Shown piece by piece: positions 47,301 to 60,887 of a stretch of DNA of 64,000 nt. How positions within the stretch are numbered: position 1 is the stretch's first letter; the number at the start of each line of letters is the position of its first letter. Under the pieces are notes generated by a model. The model did not search any database, was not told where the DNA came from, and saw only the letters and a program-made list of their open reading frames with translations. A program made the translations under genes and the position numbers. The stretch is from Azolla caroliniana (lineage: Eukaryota > Plantae > Polypodiophyta), in NCBI GenBank assembly GCA_043228905.1, contig JBHGNT010000007.1, forward strand, positions 12,710,001 through 12,774,000, given 5' to 3'.

Positions 47301-48996
47301 GTGGTGGTTTAATTTTGTTTTGTATGTATTCTCACAAGAAGTCGTAAAACTTTTTTCCATAATAATTCCTGCATTGAAATGATTTAGGACCTAACATTAT
47401 GAGCTTCTTTTGTATGGGAGCAGAACAACTTACTTTCCCATGGCACCTAGGTAGGTACGAAAACTTCATCTACAAGAGTTATATTATTGTACATCTCGGG
47501 AAACATGAGGGAAAGTGGGGTCTTCCCCACATAAGGAAAATGTTTAGGCCTCTTTGTTATTCGGGATTTTGTTTTCTACAGATCTTTCTCACATCGGGGA
47601 TGTATAAGATTCATTCCACTGGTCGCTGTCTAAAACTTCTTATGATCTTAGGTTTTGTGTGTGTAATTTGTTTATGGATCATTGCAATGCTTCCTTTAAT
47701 TTCTTTTCAAGGTTGAAAACTCATGCGTGCATGGAGCCGTTCATCATAGCAACACGGAGGCATTTGAGTGCCATGCATCCAATCCAGAAGCTCTTATCAC
47801 CCCATTTCAAAGACACTATGAATGCTAACTCTGCGGCAAGGCAGACGTTCTTAAATAGTGGAGGACGGATCGAACGGTGCTTTTCCACTGGAAAATACTC
47901 CAATGAGGTGTCTGCAATTGAGTACAAACAATGGAGATTTGATGAACAAGCAGTTCCAAAGGACTTGATTGCAAGGTAAAATCTAGAAGTTACAGATGTT
48001 TTCCCATGATGGAATGGCCTTCTGTTTACCTAGAGTATTCAACATTATGAGAGTTTTGACATATGACAAGAAGCATAGCTGGCGAGGTGTAGTGGGGGGG
48101 ACCGATATGCATGTACATATGAGTTACTAAGATTAGCCAGAATATGATAAGTAAGCATTATTGGAAAATGTCTTAAAACTTCTTGTATGGATAGGTCATG
48201 TGCATGTTATGTTGATAAGGCATGTGGGTGATGGTTGGTGTGTTTGCGTAGAGGAATGGCTGAGATGGAGGATGGAACACTGCGACTACATATAGAGGAC
48301 TATCCCTATGCACAAGATGCGCTGGAGCTGTGGGCACCCATCCAATCGTGGGCGGAGGAATATGTGAACATTTGCTACTCTGGCAAGGACGAGGCAGTGG
48401 CCACCGACGAGGAGCTACAAGCTTGGTGGATGGAGATTCAGCATATCGGCCATGGCGACCATGCTCAGGCCTCTTGGTGGGGCACCATGTCCACATGTGC
48501 TGATCTTATAGACACCATCTCGACACTCTTGTGGATATCCACTGGTCTCCATTCTGTTGTCGATTTCGGACAATACCCCTTCGCTGGCTTCATGCCCAAT
48601 GGTCCCACTGCCACCTGGCTCCATGTGCCTGAAGAGGGATCTGCAGAACACAAACAGTTATTAACTGACCCGCCTGCCTTTTTCTTGGCATCGTTATCAT
48701 CCCAGCGCCAAGCAACCACAGCAATGGGTACCTTTGAGACCACTTCCCAACACATGAGCGAGGAGACATACTTAGGTGGCGACGGTGACGTATCTCCTTC
48801 ATTGGATCCTCAAGTGGTTGAGGCTCACCAACGCTTTCGGGAGGCAATCTCCACTGCCCATGATCATATACTTTCACGCATTTCCTCTCCTTCGCCACAT
48901 CGTGCCGGTCCATCCAACATGCCTTTCACCCTCCTCCTCCCTTTTTCTGGCCAAGGCCTTACTGGTCGTGGTGTTCCTAATAGTATCTCCATCTAA
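44333..48996 (+). CDS. LOX: Lipoxygenase (PLAT plus LOX domain), 9 exons, about 827 aa, no evident transit peptide
   Basis: Exons 44333-44462, 44694-45019, 45656-45896, 46077-46340, 46495-46580, 46753-46860, 46965-47284, 47712-47975 and 48252-48996, GT-AG and frame-consistent. Motifs [46 protein letters not shown] and GVPNSISI*. Confidence 0.95.
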
Positions 48997-51900
48997 ATAA
49001 CCATTGCATGTTTGGGTTCTCCCCAATATTTGATGCTTGCTTGGCATCTCAATATGTGAACTTAACTCTTGATCTCTCAACATATGAAGTTAAGCTCTTT
49101 GTGCTTGTATTTTAAGCATTATAATCCATCTTAAGCAATATCAATCCTTGGAAGCCAAGACTAATCGACACTATCTCTTCAGTTATTCCCATTGTATCAT
49201 GATCATACGCTTCAAATATGTATTTTCATCGAGAAGCAATATGGCAACTTCACAGTTGGCCTCATATATTCTCTCTCTCTAAACTCTTGTCTATTGTATT
49301 ACTACTCGATTAAATCTCAAGTTTGTTTGCATATATACCACAACATATTGAATGTTATTGATACATGAATGTTTACTGAATTAAAAACATAGGATCGTGA
49401 GTGCACATGCTAATTTGGATTCAATTGTCTTGTAATGCAATGCAGGGTTGAAAGGTATTGTTTTTAACTTAAGACTTTTGTCTTAAGTATAAACTGTTTC
49501 TATGGCCGAGCAAGGATCCATTTCTTTTGATATTATCTACAACCCTACATTTAAACATTTATATGCATGGCAACGAAGATGTGCTGGGTATGGTTAAAAG
49601 TAATAATTGTATGAACCAATGGCATAGTGATTCCAAACATATTGCATTTAGGTAGGACTAAACTTGTTGATCTGTTTTTTAAATTCCTCACGAAAAATGA
49701 TTCTATTGAAACTACCTTGTCTTCTTGTTTGTGGTTGACCTCTTTCCAAAATCTTTGGGTCGATTTTCTACTTCGGGGAATCCGACGGCCATGATAATTG
49801 CAGTTTTTTTATTATTACTATAGTGTAATGTTGGGATGCTATTGTTGTTGGTTTTGAGTTTGTCTTGGACTAGTCTATAATTGACAACTATTGCTTCTAC
49901 AGTGGACAAAGACAATCTTAACTTGTAGATGGACTTTGAAAAGAAAACATTTAACCAATTGTCTACATAAGTTGCTTCTATGATATTGTAAAGATTGAGC
50001 TCCATACAATTCCACCGAATATTTATGGGCAAGCATCTAGTTTAAATGGTTAGAAGCAATATGAATAAACTATCCGTTTTTTACACTTTATGCTTAGAAG
50101 CAATATTCTCTATGCTAAACAGACTCTTTGTCGTATGAATGTGTGAGATTTGCAAGTTTTTGTTAAAAAAGACTCGAGTGTGGGTTGGTGGTGGTGGTTT
50201 GGGTGGGGGGTGACAATAATCCCAACTTTAAATTGTTGGGTAGAGTTTAAAAGGGCACCCTCTAAGCTAAGTTTTTAGTAGCTATAAAGGCGTGAGGTTA
50301 TGTGAAGGTGGAAGTGCTCCAAAGGGGCAAATGTGAGGGGACATATAAGATGGATGATAGGCCATTCTCGATAAGAACTTAGTTGGCCCAAGTTAAGAAT
50401 GACAGATGAAGGGATGACTAGATTCATTATTAGCTATTCTTAGTGTTTAGGGGCCAGACTCCAGAGTTTCAAGAGATGGAGAGGATCTTTTCAAGGAAAT
50501 GATAGGCATGAGTTAGGCATGATTAGATTTTGATATAAGGTCAACCCTGTGGTTGATATATACAATTTTAAAAACCATTTGTTACCAAACGTCAACTCTA
50601 TGAGAAAACGACATGCAGTACAAATAAATTATGTGATTTGACATCTCACAAGAGGCTCCTATGAGTAATGACTCTACTCCTCCTCCTCATCCTACTAGTT
50701 ACTCCTATTAAGGGCCTACAAAGAGAGAGAGTATATAGATGCCTATTTTAGCTCCTTCAATATATCTAGTTTTCTAAAGCCTTTTTTTTATGTTTTTTGG
50801 GTCCTTGTAATTCTTGTACTTGGGAAGGCTCTTCTTCTGGTACTAACACTAACTCCGCTATTATCTTGCAATCTTACAAAGACATCTTCCTAAGAATCAT
50901 AGCCCAATATTTGCTTGAAACCTCGAGCCCCCATGTGATGATTAGAGAGAGAGAAAGAGGTTTTATATTGTAGACTTAGGTGCCTAGACTCTATTATGTT
51001 AGCCTCTTGGGCCTTGTCTATCTAGTGTCTCATACACTTATACCGATACATTGTTACAATTTCAAATGCTCATAACTAATAAGTTAATCACTACTTAGAG
51101 CAATAATTATAATTAGGAGGCCATTTAAATTATGACTCACAAGACCAGGAGTAATTACGTGTCACCCACAGCTCATCGCTAGTTAATGCAGGCTCCCAAA
51201 GAGTGTGTGTGTGCTCCAAAGCTAAATGCACTTTACATGGGAGCTTAAGGAAATACTTAAAATTGATCCTTTTTTGTGACTTTGGCAAGGATTTGAATGG
51301 GAACTAGTAGTTTGTTTGTGCTAACTTAACAACACTTATAAAATGTTGAAGCCACCTGAGAATTTTAATTCCATGTGCTAATGAAGTTCATCAACAACAT
51401 GTGCTTTTGACACACATTAATAATGCTAAGAAATCATTATGTACAACTGTATTAAGAACCAATACGTAAAAGTCAATGGATGGTCCATTCATGCCACTCA
51501 ATCTTAATCTACTTTCACATGCTCTTTATGAGTTTGTCATGGAGGGCATAACCTATCATGACTTGTATTATAAACACTTCATTTTTAGTGCAGATTGTTG
51601 GAAGATGGAAGGAATTTTGATTGTCCTTGAATGGCCTATATAAATAGGACATTACATTCTAAAGCATGATGCGAAGCATTGCGATTATACATTGAAAATA
51701 AGACACTTTCGACGTCCACCCGTAACTACCGTTTATAGAATTATGGTGACTTAACATACATCAAGCTTTTGGAAGCAAATTACAAGGAGATCTATTTAAT
51801 TCAAAGGCATTAAACGAGAATTATAAACTTCATGCAACTTATTGATAAAGAGTGATATGAAAGTATTGATAATTTTGTGAAACAAAGTTATTTGGATTGA

Positions 51901-53089
51901 TGTTTATAAAAAGCCTTCTGAACCAAAACAAACCAAGAAATACAAACAAAGTTCTAGACTTACAAGAGGTATTTTGATTATTGTTTATAACAACTTAGTA
52001 GGATAAAAGAAAATAATAACCTTACAAAGATCTAAGAGCTATTTTTTATTACTTTGGAAAAGGATCTTTGTGGATTTCATTTGTACATCCAATGATTGCG
52101 ATTGCTTTTATTTTCCCATACCTTTGAATTTGGCACTTCAATAGATGATTTCCATTTTTTTAAAAATATTTTGCACACCTTTTGAAGGTTTCCTTTTACA
52201 GGAGCCTTTGATGCTCAATTTTGAGAACCATGGCACCAATCTATAGGATTCATTTTCAAACATAAGTTTTTTGTTGATTCTCAAAACATAAGGGGAAGAA
52301 AGATGATTAGCATTGATATTAATTGGTTTAAGATGTCAAGTGGTGCACAATTTAGATACCTGTGTCGTCAATTATCCAAACATGTATAGGATCCAACAAG
52401 TAGAGCTATATAGATGGAATACAACAAGAAATTATGGGTTTGTGAAGTTGGCTTTAGAATTTGGGTTGAATGAACCCACCAAACTCCTAACTCCTAAAGT
52501 AAAAGGATGGATGGAACCTTACAAGAATAAGAAGAGGTTAAACAAGTAAGTGCCCAACAAGCTTAGATCAAAGAAATGTTTGGGGATTTTAGTCATTCTT
52601 GGGATTTTTTTTAAAGGAGCCCACAACATTTGTTGTTTATGATGCTATTTAGATTGGATCTAAAGTAATTGGCCACAATCAATAACCCTTCTTTTTTATG
52701 GTTATACATTAGTGTCTTCATATTTTCAACGCTTTTTAATGTGTTGGAAACAAAAAGCACTAAAGTACTCTAGCTCTTAGTTGCCCACTGAGTTTTCGAA
52801 AAGAACCAAACATACCACTTATATCTAAAAACAAACATACCACTTATATCGAAACTAGATTTTTGTGTTACATGAGATACAAAGGGGTGGGGGGGTTGTT
52901 TGGGAAGCTTGTAAGGGGTATTCTCATAACCATCCAAAACATTTAGTGGTTCGTTGCTTATGTATATGTGGGGCCCCTAAAGAACAAGTGTCCCATTTAC
53001 TACTTACTCCATGCATTTTCAAAACACCCAAAAGATCCATCCCTACACTAAACTGTATTTATTATGTTTATGTGAAAGAGGGTGTGCAA

Positions 53090-53211
53090 AACACACACAC
53101 ACAGACAGACAGACACACACACACACACACACACGCATAAAAGAGACTAAAAAAACAAGAAAAGTTGTGAATTGATAGGCTGACACATACCCTACACTAC
53201 ACTACACTACA

Positions 53212-53248
<37 letters not shown>

Positions 53249-54565
53249 GTTACTTACTAACTTACTAGGTAGACACACACACACCACCCCCCGTACTACT
53301 ACTACTGATAGGTACCCTCACACACACACACACACTCCCCACCCCTCATAATTTCTATCCTTTTGAGCCACCAGTAGTAGTAGACTGTGCATGCAGTACC
53401 CATCTTTTGAGTGTGTATTTAGTCTCTCACTCGTCTACATGTATTCTTGAGCCACTCTAGTACTCTATTGAAGTGTGTGTGTTTTTAGTCTTAAATTCCT
53501 TCTCTCTCTCTCTCTCTCTCATTTTTCCTTCCTCCATTGGTAAACTCCATAAGCTAAGCTCCATAACTTTGTTGGGACGCACTGGATTCAGACTCGCCCA
53601 TTGTGGGATCAGAAAACTTCATGTTATACTTTCACTCCAATCTTTTCCATACAACAACAAACAACAAAAACAAAAACAAAAACATACGAGCACTTCTCAT
53701 AAACCGCATCCATACATGTTGATGCCTTGTATTCGAAATTGAGGGCTCATGCTCAAACAATCTGGATCAAATTGTCTCGACTCTCAACTATGACCCCATC
53801 GGACTGCACTCTATGCCTCTGTTTCTCTCTCTCTCTCTCTCTCTCTGTTTGACCTCTGAAGACGATAATATAATCTATCTATCTATCTCTCTATACACAC
53901 ACACATTCCCATTCCCTCTCTGTAGTCTTAGAGCAGTACTATAAATTGGTACCTTTTAGCATCTGGCAATCTGTCTCTGAGAGAGAGAGAGAGAGAGATC
54001 CCTGTGGGCCACTTCATCACGTGTGTATTGTGTGTGTGTGTGTGTGAGAGAGATAGAGAGAGAGAGAGAGAGAGAAAGAATTGATTACTTTTGCAGAGAA
54101 AACAATAAAAACTAAATAAAAATATATTACGAATCTGTCAATCTCACAAAAGACAATTACGTTATTTACATTTAAAGCCCTACACAAACCATGGTCTATA
54201 TATTTAAGAATATGGTATATGAATTGGAAATTATCCACAACATTATTCATCATAAATAAGTTAAAATACATACATACAATACAATACAGTCGTAGATGGT
54301 AGATGGTAGATGGTAGATGGTAGATGTAGTAGTAGTTTCCTAAGGAAGTAGCCAGACCCTCCCTTCCCCTTGCATTGCAGGGTTAATAGAATATTCTCTC
54401 TTATATAAATAAATACACACACATACATATGTATAAATATATGCGATATAGTAGTATCATTGAAAGCTAGATTTCGTAGAAGCAGAATATCGTTAAGCGC
54501 TGTTTTCCTCCTCCTCCTCCTCCTCCTCCTCTTCCTTGTGGTGGTGGTGGTGGTGGTGGTGGTGT
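53090..54565. repeat. Dense microsatellite cluster (CA, CT/GA, ACACT, GTAGATG, CCT, GGT) in the promoter and 5' leader of the NAC gene
   Basis: Read directly from the sequence. Confidence 0.9.
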
Positions 54566-54597
54566 TTGTATAAATAAGGAGAAGGTGTATCAGAATC

Positions 54598-55505
54598 ATG
54601 GATGGTTTATTAGTGCGCTATAATATCATTCCCACTACTACTACCACTATCTCAACCAGTAGTAGTCATCGTAAGGTTCTCAATCATTCCCACGACGATA
54701 TGATCTCTACTACTACTACTGCTTCTGGTGCCGGTCAATTTTGTATGCAAGCTGCCAATTACATTAATCCCACCGCTGATGACTACTTAATTTGCAATCC
54801 CTCCTCTGATCACAACCATTCTCTGCTGGCTAGTTATAGCAACATCATTGCTGACATTCCCAGCTGGACTGCAGCTAATATCATCGATCAGAACTTAAGT
54901 AGCAATGGCCCGCATACTCTTAAGGATATTGGTAATAAGCATAATAACTCTAACACATCACACTGTCAACACAATTATGGCGACATTGTGGATGGTAATG
55001 ATAGTGTGGAGGATGACATTCTTCCGCCAGGGTTTCGTTTCCATCCAACTGACGAAGAGCTCGTGAGCTTCTACTTGGCTAGCAAGATCAGAAACCCTAA
55101 TTTCAGCGATCGAGCAGTCACAGAAGCAGACCTCAACAAACTCGAGCCATGGGAGCTTCCTGGTAACATAATTTGGATGATGAATTATTTGATACCAATT
55201 TGAATCATGTATGTATTGGATTATTTATTCATCAAAATCAAATCTTCTTACAACTCATGTAAAATTCAAAAATGTGTGGTAGGTTTGTCAAAGATGGGTG
55301 AGAAAGAGTGGTATTTCTACAGCTCTCGGGATCGGAAGTATCCAACGGGGACCAGGACAAACAGGGCGACACGGGCAGGCTACTGGAAGGCCACCGGGAA
55401 AGACCGCGAGATTTTTGGTACCATATACCCCTCCTCCTCTTCCACACCCAGAAGAAGCAGCAGTAACTGTAGTCATTCTTCAACCACACCCCTGGATGCT
55501 GCAGC

Positions 55506-55539
<34 letters not shown>

Positions 55540-55796
55540 CATCATCATCATAGTAATGGTAATATTAAGAAGATTTGTAATGAGTTGGTGGGGATGAAGA
55601 AGACGTTGGTGTTTTACAAAGGTAGGGCGCCCAAAGGAAGCAAGACCAACTGGGTGATGCACGAGTATCGGATGGCCACCATAGTAGTACACAAGGTGAT
55701 TGATTTTGTTTCATCCATCCATCCATATCCCTTTCCAATTTAAATTAAAAAATTTATGAGAGAGAGAGAGAGAGATTAATCACTACCAATATACAT

Positions 55797-55844
<48 letters not shown>

Positions 55845-57136
55845 GAGGGGCATGATAGGAATTTAGTATCTCTCTCTCTCTCTCTCTCTTTCTACAAACT
55901 CACAAGTGTGTACATCCATCATAACATGATGACCGTTAAATAGCAAGCGGCGTTAATAACTTCTCATCGCTGATTCGAATTTGTGAACTGATAAAAATAT
56001 GGGTATTTATTTAAATCATGGATCAGGAGACGGCGGAGGAATGGGTAGTGTGCAGAGTGTTTCACAAGAGTGCAGGGGGCAAGAAGATGAGCATGGCTGA
56101 ACTGCAGGCGACATACAATAATGGCCTCATCACGTCCGATACTACTACTACTACTACTACTACTAATGATACGACTAGTAGCCTCCAACACAGATATACT
56201 GCTCCCAAATACAGCATTACCAACAACACTGCAAGCTACAGTGATACCAATAGCGACACGAATCACAGTAGTAGTAGCACTTACAATTCAAGTTACGCCA
56301 ATCCGTATAAGAACACCACCGGTAACAACAACAACAACAACACGAAGAGGAAGAACAATGATAATAGTATTATGCTGCTGCCGCCGCTCATGGAGCTTCC
56401 CATCATTAATCCAGCGGCGGCAGCTGACAACATCTCATCCTCCCCACCACGATTGGCCACGTCACCGCCGCCAAACGTGGATGTTGCTTCTCTCCGATCA
56501 CTCCTCTTTGAAGACAGCGGTAACCATACTACTACTACTACTACTGCTACTACTACTACGCCGCCGCCGCCGCCGCCTGCGAGTTGGTATACTACCACAT
56601 CCACCTACAATAATATTATTAACCATTTTAGCACTGCTGCCATGAAGCAGCTGATCCAAAGATCGGCGGCTACAGCTTCTGCTGCTGCTGCTGCTGCTGC
56701 TGCTATGAGTAGTAGTAGTAGCAGCAGCAGCAGCGTGATCTTCCCCATCAGGGAGCAGCAGTCGATTAATGAAGTGTTTGAAGGTGGTGGCGCCAATAGG
56801 CACGTGGGTATGCTCGCATATGGAGGCGGAGGGGCCACGCACGTGAGTATTGATGAGATGAGGGAGTTTGGCATCCCTGATCGTCACGTGCACGTGCCCA
56901 TACATAAAGCTGCGGTGGTTGGTATTATTGGTAGCAATGATGATGAGGATGATGCTGTGCAGTACCGGCAGAGGGAGCGTGGTGGTGTGCATGAGAGCCT
57001 GAGTCTGATCAATAATAATAATAATAATAATTTTAATTATAAGGGTCATGATCAGAGCACAGGTGTTGCCGCCGCCAATGTTAATGGCGGGACGATGAGC
57101 AGGAGCGGCCACGATATTTTGTATGACTTAGCTTAA
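54598..57136 (+). CDS. NAC-domain transcription factor (CUC/NAC1-like), 3 exons, about 695 aa
   Basis: Exons 54598-55162, 55283-55695 and 56027-57136. Motifs [91 protein letters not shown] and LPPLME. The start codon is uncertain. Confidence 0.93.
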
Positions 57137-57859
57137 GTAATTATAATCATTGTCAACTGGTTTGTTTCGAGTCCTCCTCATGAAAATCTTTCGCTAATGT
57201 CAGTTGAAAATCGCAGAGATCCGCTTTGCTTTGATTGGGATTGGGATTGGGGGGGGGTTGGGATCAGAGGGAAATGGAGTGAGTTAATCTTGCGATTAGC
57301 CAAAAATCTGCCTTCATTGGCACCAGGAACCCGGGCCTTATTTCTGCTAGTGTAAATTAGTTAGCAGGATCGTAGATTTGTTTAGAACGAACGTACATAT
57401 AGTGGATGTGTCCTCCTCCTCACCCCTCACAAAAGAAGAAGTGTAACAAGGAACCAATTCTCATTCCATTACTAGGACCCTTCATTCATATGTATTACAA
57501 ATGCTCACGTTTCGTTTTCTCTAATTGCTATGCTACATAGAAGGCTCGCTCTAATCACAAGGGTCCTAATATGTCTGTCATCCATTATGTATTAGCAAGC
57601 ATTGATCTAGCACTAGCAACAAATAATATGACATACGTAAGTAATGTTCTCCCATAAAACCTGACATTTCTATGGACATGCCTTTGTAGAAGACGACAGC
57701 ATCATCAAATTTCTATGGAACAAATAGAGTAATGAGAAATGTAGGCATAACAATATAATCCTAACCTCTACTTGGGAGCCGCCTACGCAATACGTGAGTT
57801 TAAATATTTGTGGTATGTATGTATACATATTCCTTGTTCCTTTAGTTCGATGTTCCCAC

Positions 57860-60411
57860 CAGTGTTGGGCAAAGTCTCTAGCCCCTACTGGAAATTTCCT
57901 GCTTCTCATGAACCTAATCGGAATTTTAAAATTTTGGCTGGCCACGTTCCTACCAGCGATAATGTCAACCGGAACATGTTGAAATTTTTTTTTGGCCGCA
58001 TACCAAAAAAAATAATCTAGCGCAATACCAAATCAAATCAATCACAAAAATTTGGATCCCAAAAACTAAAGATATATATTTAACAAAAATAAATTCTTTT
58101 ATAAACAGAATTCACTTTTCAAACCTTTGTAAAGTAGCATTAACAACATATTAGATCTAATATATAGAAAGTTCCAAAACAAAATCGATCAAATTTACAA
58201 AGTTTTTATCCATATCTTCTATGAAGTCCTCTATGTCATCATCATGCTCGTGAGAAGTTCCTATAAAAATATGACAATATGCCTTGCTTTCTCGCCACAA
58301 CAAAATGCTGGCACTAAAGTCATGTTCTTCTAGTTCAGGTCCTTCACTAGAGATTTGTATCAATGCATCAACTGCATTGTTTTTTAGCCTATTTCTAAAC
58401 TTATTTTTTATTAGATTTAGGCGACTAAAGCCTCTCTCACATGCTATTGTAGAAGAACATTGAATTAACCCTATCAATGAAAGCTTTAGAAGTTTGGGTA
58501 GCTTTTCTTTCCACATATCATTACAATTTATCATACCCCAAACATCTAAGAAATCTCTTCCAAGCCATTCCGTGGTAGCTTGCCTTTTAAAAATTACATA
58601 TTCATCATACAATTTATCATTATCAATTATGGGAGAAAACGCTTTCCCATCTACCATTTTTTGAATGCCATAAAAATTTCCAAGTGTTTTCAACTCATTA
58701 AGACCCATAGTTTTTCGTGCTAAAATGCTTGTAGATCCGGTAGAAATGTTCATTGGTGATAACATTTTCAATGCGGAAAGGGTTACCGGATCTTGAAGCC
58801 TCTTTTTTATTGTCTCTATTAATGCCTTAGAAAACAAAGTTTGGAATTGTATGGCTTCGATTAAGTCTTCACCATCAATACTTCTATCCATGAGGATGCT
58901 TTTATACATATTACCTTTAATAGCATCTCCTAAAACCGAAAGCATTCCTTTTTCTCTACCATATTCTGGAATAATTGGATAATTATAGCTATCCTTCTCA
59001 AAACCATTGAGATCCATCATAACATGATGTAGAAGTTGTTCTTCTATCTCCCCAATGGCTATCATAGCCAAACCTCCAATGCATGTCACATCCACATATT
59101 CCTTTTGGAATTCCGTACTTAATGTTGACATGATCTTAAGTACATCTGCAAGGAAGTGAAGCATATACACTACTTTGAAGTTTCTTAAACTTAAGAATAC
59201 ATTGTATGCATCACTTTGCGATTGCAAAGTCTTCATCAAGGGTTCATACACATCACATACCCTCATGATAGCACCATGCCGACTAAGCCATCGTGTCTTC
59301 ACAATCCCAAGAATATGCAAATGTGTGTATTCTAATGCATCTTGCATCTTACTTAATTCACCTTGGTGCATTGAGCTCCTCGAGAAATGTGCAGCCACCC
59401 GATTCACAAGGGCATCTAATTGCTTGCATGTTTCTTTGACTTCAATGTTCTTTGAAGCCTCTTGCACACACAAGTTTGTTCGATGTGCACAACAATGTAA
59501 TGAAGTCATAAATGGGTTATATGACTTCAATCTTGTAGCAAAACCTGTAGACGTACCTACCATAACGGATGCTTCATCACTTCCAAATCCCATCAATTTT
59601 CTAACATCTAACTTCCACTTTTTTAACAATGCTAAAATGCTCTCTGTTATTGTGTTTGATGTACCATCCTCTGTAACTTCAAGTAACCCCAAATAAGAGG
59701 TTCTTACTTGCCTTCCTTCCACAAATGTAGCGTAAAGGATCAAGTTCTTGGTTACGCTTACATTGGTAGCTTCATCTACCATAAGTCCAAACCAAGGACT
59801 TTTCCTCAACCTATCATAGATCTCAGCTTCAAGAGCCTTGCTAATGTGCAAGATAAAGCTTGCACAAGCCTTATTATTGTTATACATTCGTGGAAGGCCT
59901 TCCACACCACATTCTCTTAACAATCATAAGAGGCTTTCCAATTTTCTAAATGCCAAATCCTCTTTAGCTATAAAATATGCACATTTAAACAATTTTTCAA
60001 TTGCTACATCCACACTAGCATTTTTTTTTATGCACATTTTTCAAGACCATTCTTGTCTCGTTCTTGTAACAAAATGGCATCTCGATGGGCCACACTTCTT
60101 GCATGTTCTCTAATGCAGAAGTCTTATAGTTTTTGGCACTTGTTTTGCCAAATGAAGACTTACAATGAGGATCACTCCTACAATAACTACACCATAAAAG
60201 TCCAGTTTCCAAATCCTCTTGAAGCCACTTAAATTTAGTAAGCCAATCTTCTTGAAATTTTAGTTTGGCCATACTAATTCTATTCATCTCACGAAGTAAT
60301 TCTTTAGAGTGTTGATGGTCCTTTATAGGCTCTTCTAGAGACACATCTTCATTGGAAGATGACAAGTTTTTCCTAAAACCAGGCATTGTAAAGAGGCTGA
60401 TTTGCTTTCCT
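57860..60411 (-). mobile_element. hAT-superfamily DNA transposon (ZNF862-like transposase), 5'-truncated
   Basis: Transposase ORFs, plus a candidate TIR CAGTGTTGGGCAAAG starting at 57860. The partner TIR is not visible because the element is fused to Copia sequence at about 60412. Confidence 0.75.
58157..60411 (-). pseudogene. hAT transposase (TTF-type Zn finger remnant, DDE core, dimerisation domain), disrupted near 60000-60110
   Basis: WLTKFKWL...WCSYC, GLMVDEAT, GFGSDEASVM, HCCAHR, KTRWLS and STIACERGFSRLNLIKNKFRNRL. A 588-aa ORF plus the out-of-frame N-terminal ORF 60015-60434. Confidence 0.85.
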
Positions 60412-60887
60412 TGTCGATTCGTCAAAGACGACATCCCGACTTACACGAGTCTTCCGAGTAGAGGGGTTGAAGCACTTGTACCCCTTTTGCTCCAGTGAGT
60501 ACCCCACGAGGATGCACTTCTCTGATTTTGGGTCAAGCTTCTGCCACTTCTCATTGGGAATGTGTACGTATGCAATGGAGCCGAATATCCTTACATGGGA
60601 TACATCCGGCTTCTTCCCATAGTATTTCTCGTGCGGGGTGACCTCGTGCACTCCGGATGTTGTGCACCGGTTCATGAGGTAGACGATGGTATTTGCAGCT
60701 TCTGCCCAATATGACTTGGGCATATGCTTCTCATTTAGCATGGCCCTTGCTACTTCGAGGATGTGCCGATTCTTGCGTTTGGCTACACCGTTCTATTGCG
60801 GTGTGTGTCGGCAAGTGAATTCTCGTCGAATTCCTTCTTGTTGAAGGTATGCCGTGAACGCATAGGAGAGGTATTCCTTTCCTCCGT
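60412..60887 (-). mobile_element. Copia integrase fragment (element 'C', related to Copia B), interrupted by G3
   Basis: GGKEYLS, TCRHTPQ*NGVA, YWAEAANT, KLDPKSEKCILVGYSLEQKGYKCFNP and SRDVVFDES. Confidence 0.85.

Noticed and set aside
50580-51058. Possible old solo LTR
   Set aside because: The composition is LTR-like, but there is no matching TSD or partner.
56121-57112. Overlapping and antisense ORFs with poly-L, poly-R and poly-S runs over NAC exon 3
   Set aside because: They are alternative-frame readings of trinucleotide repeats in the real exon.
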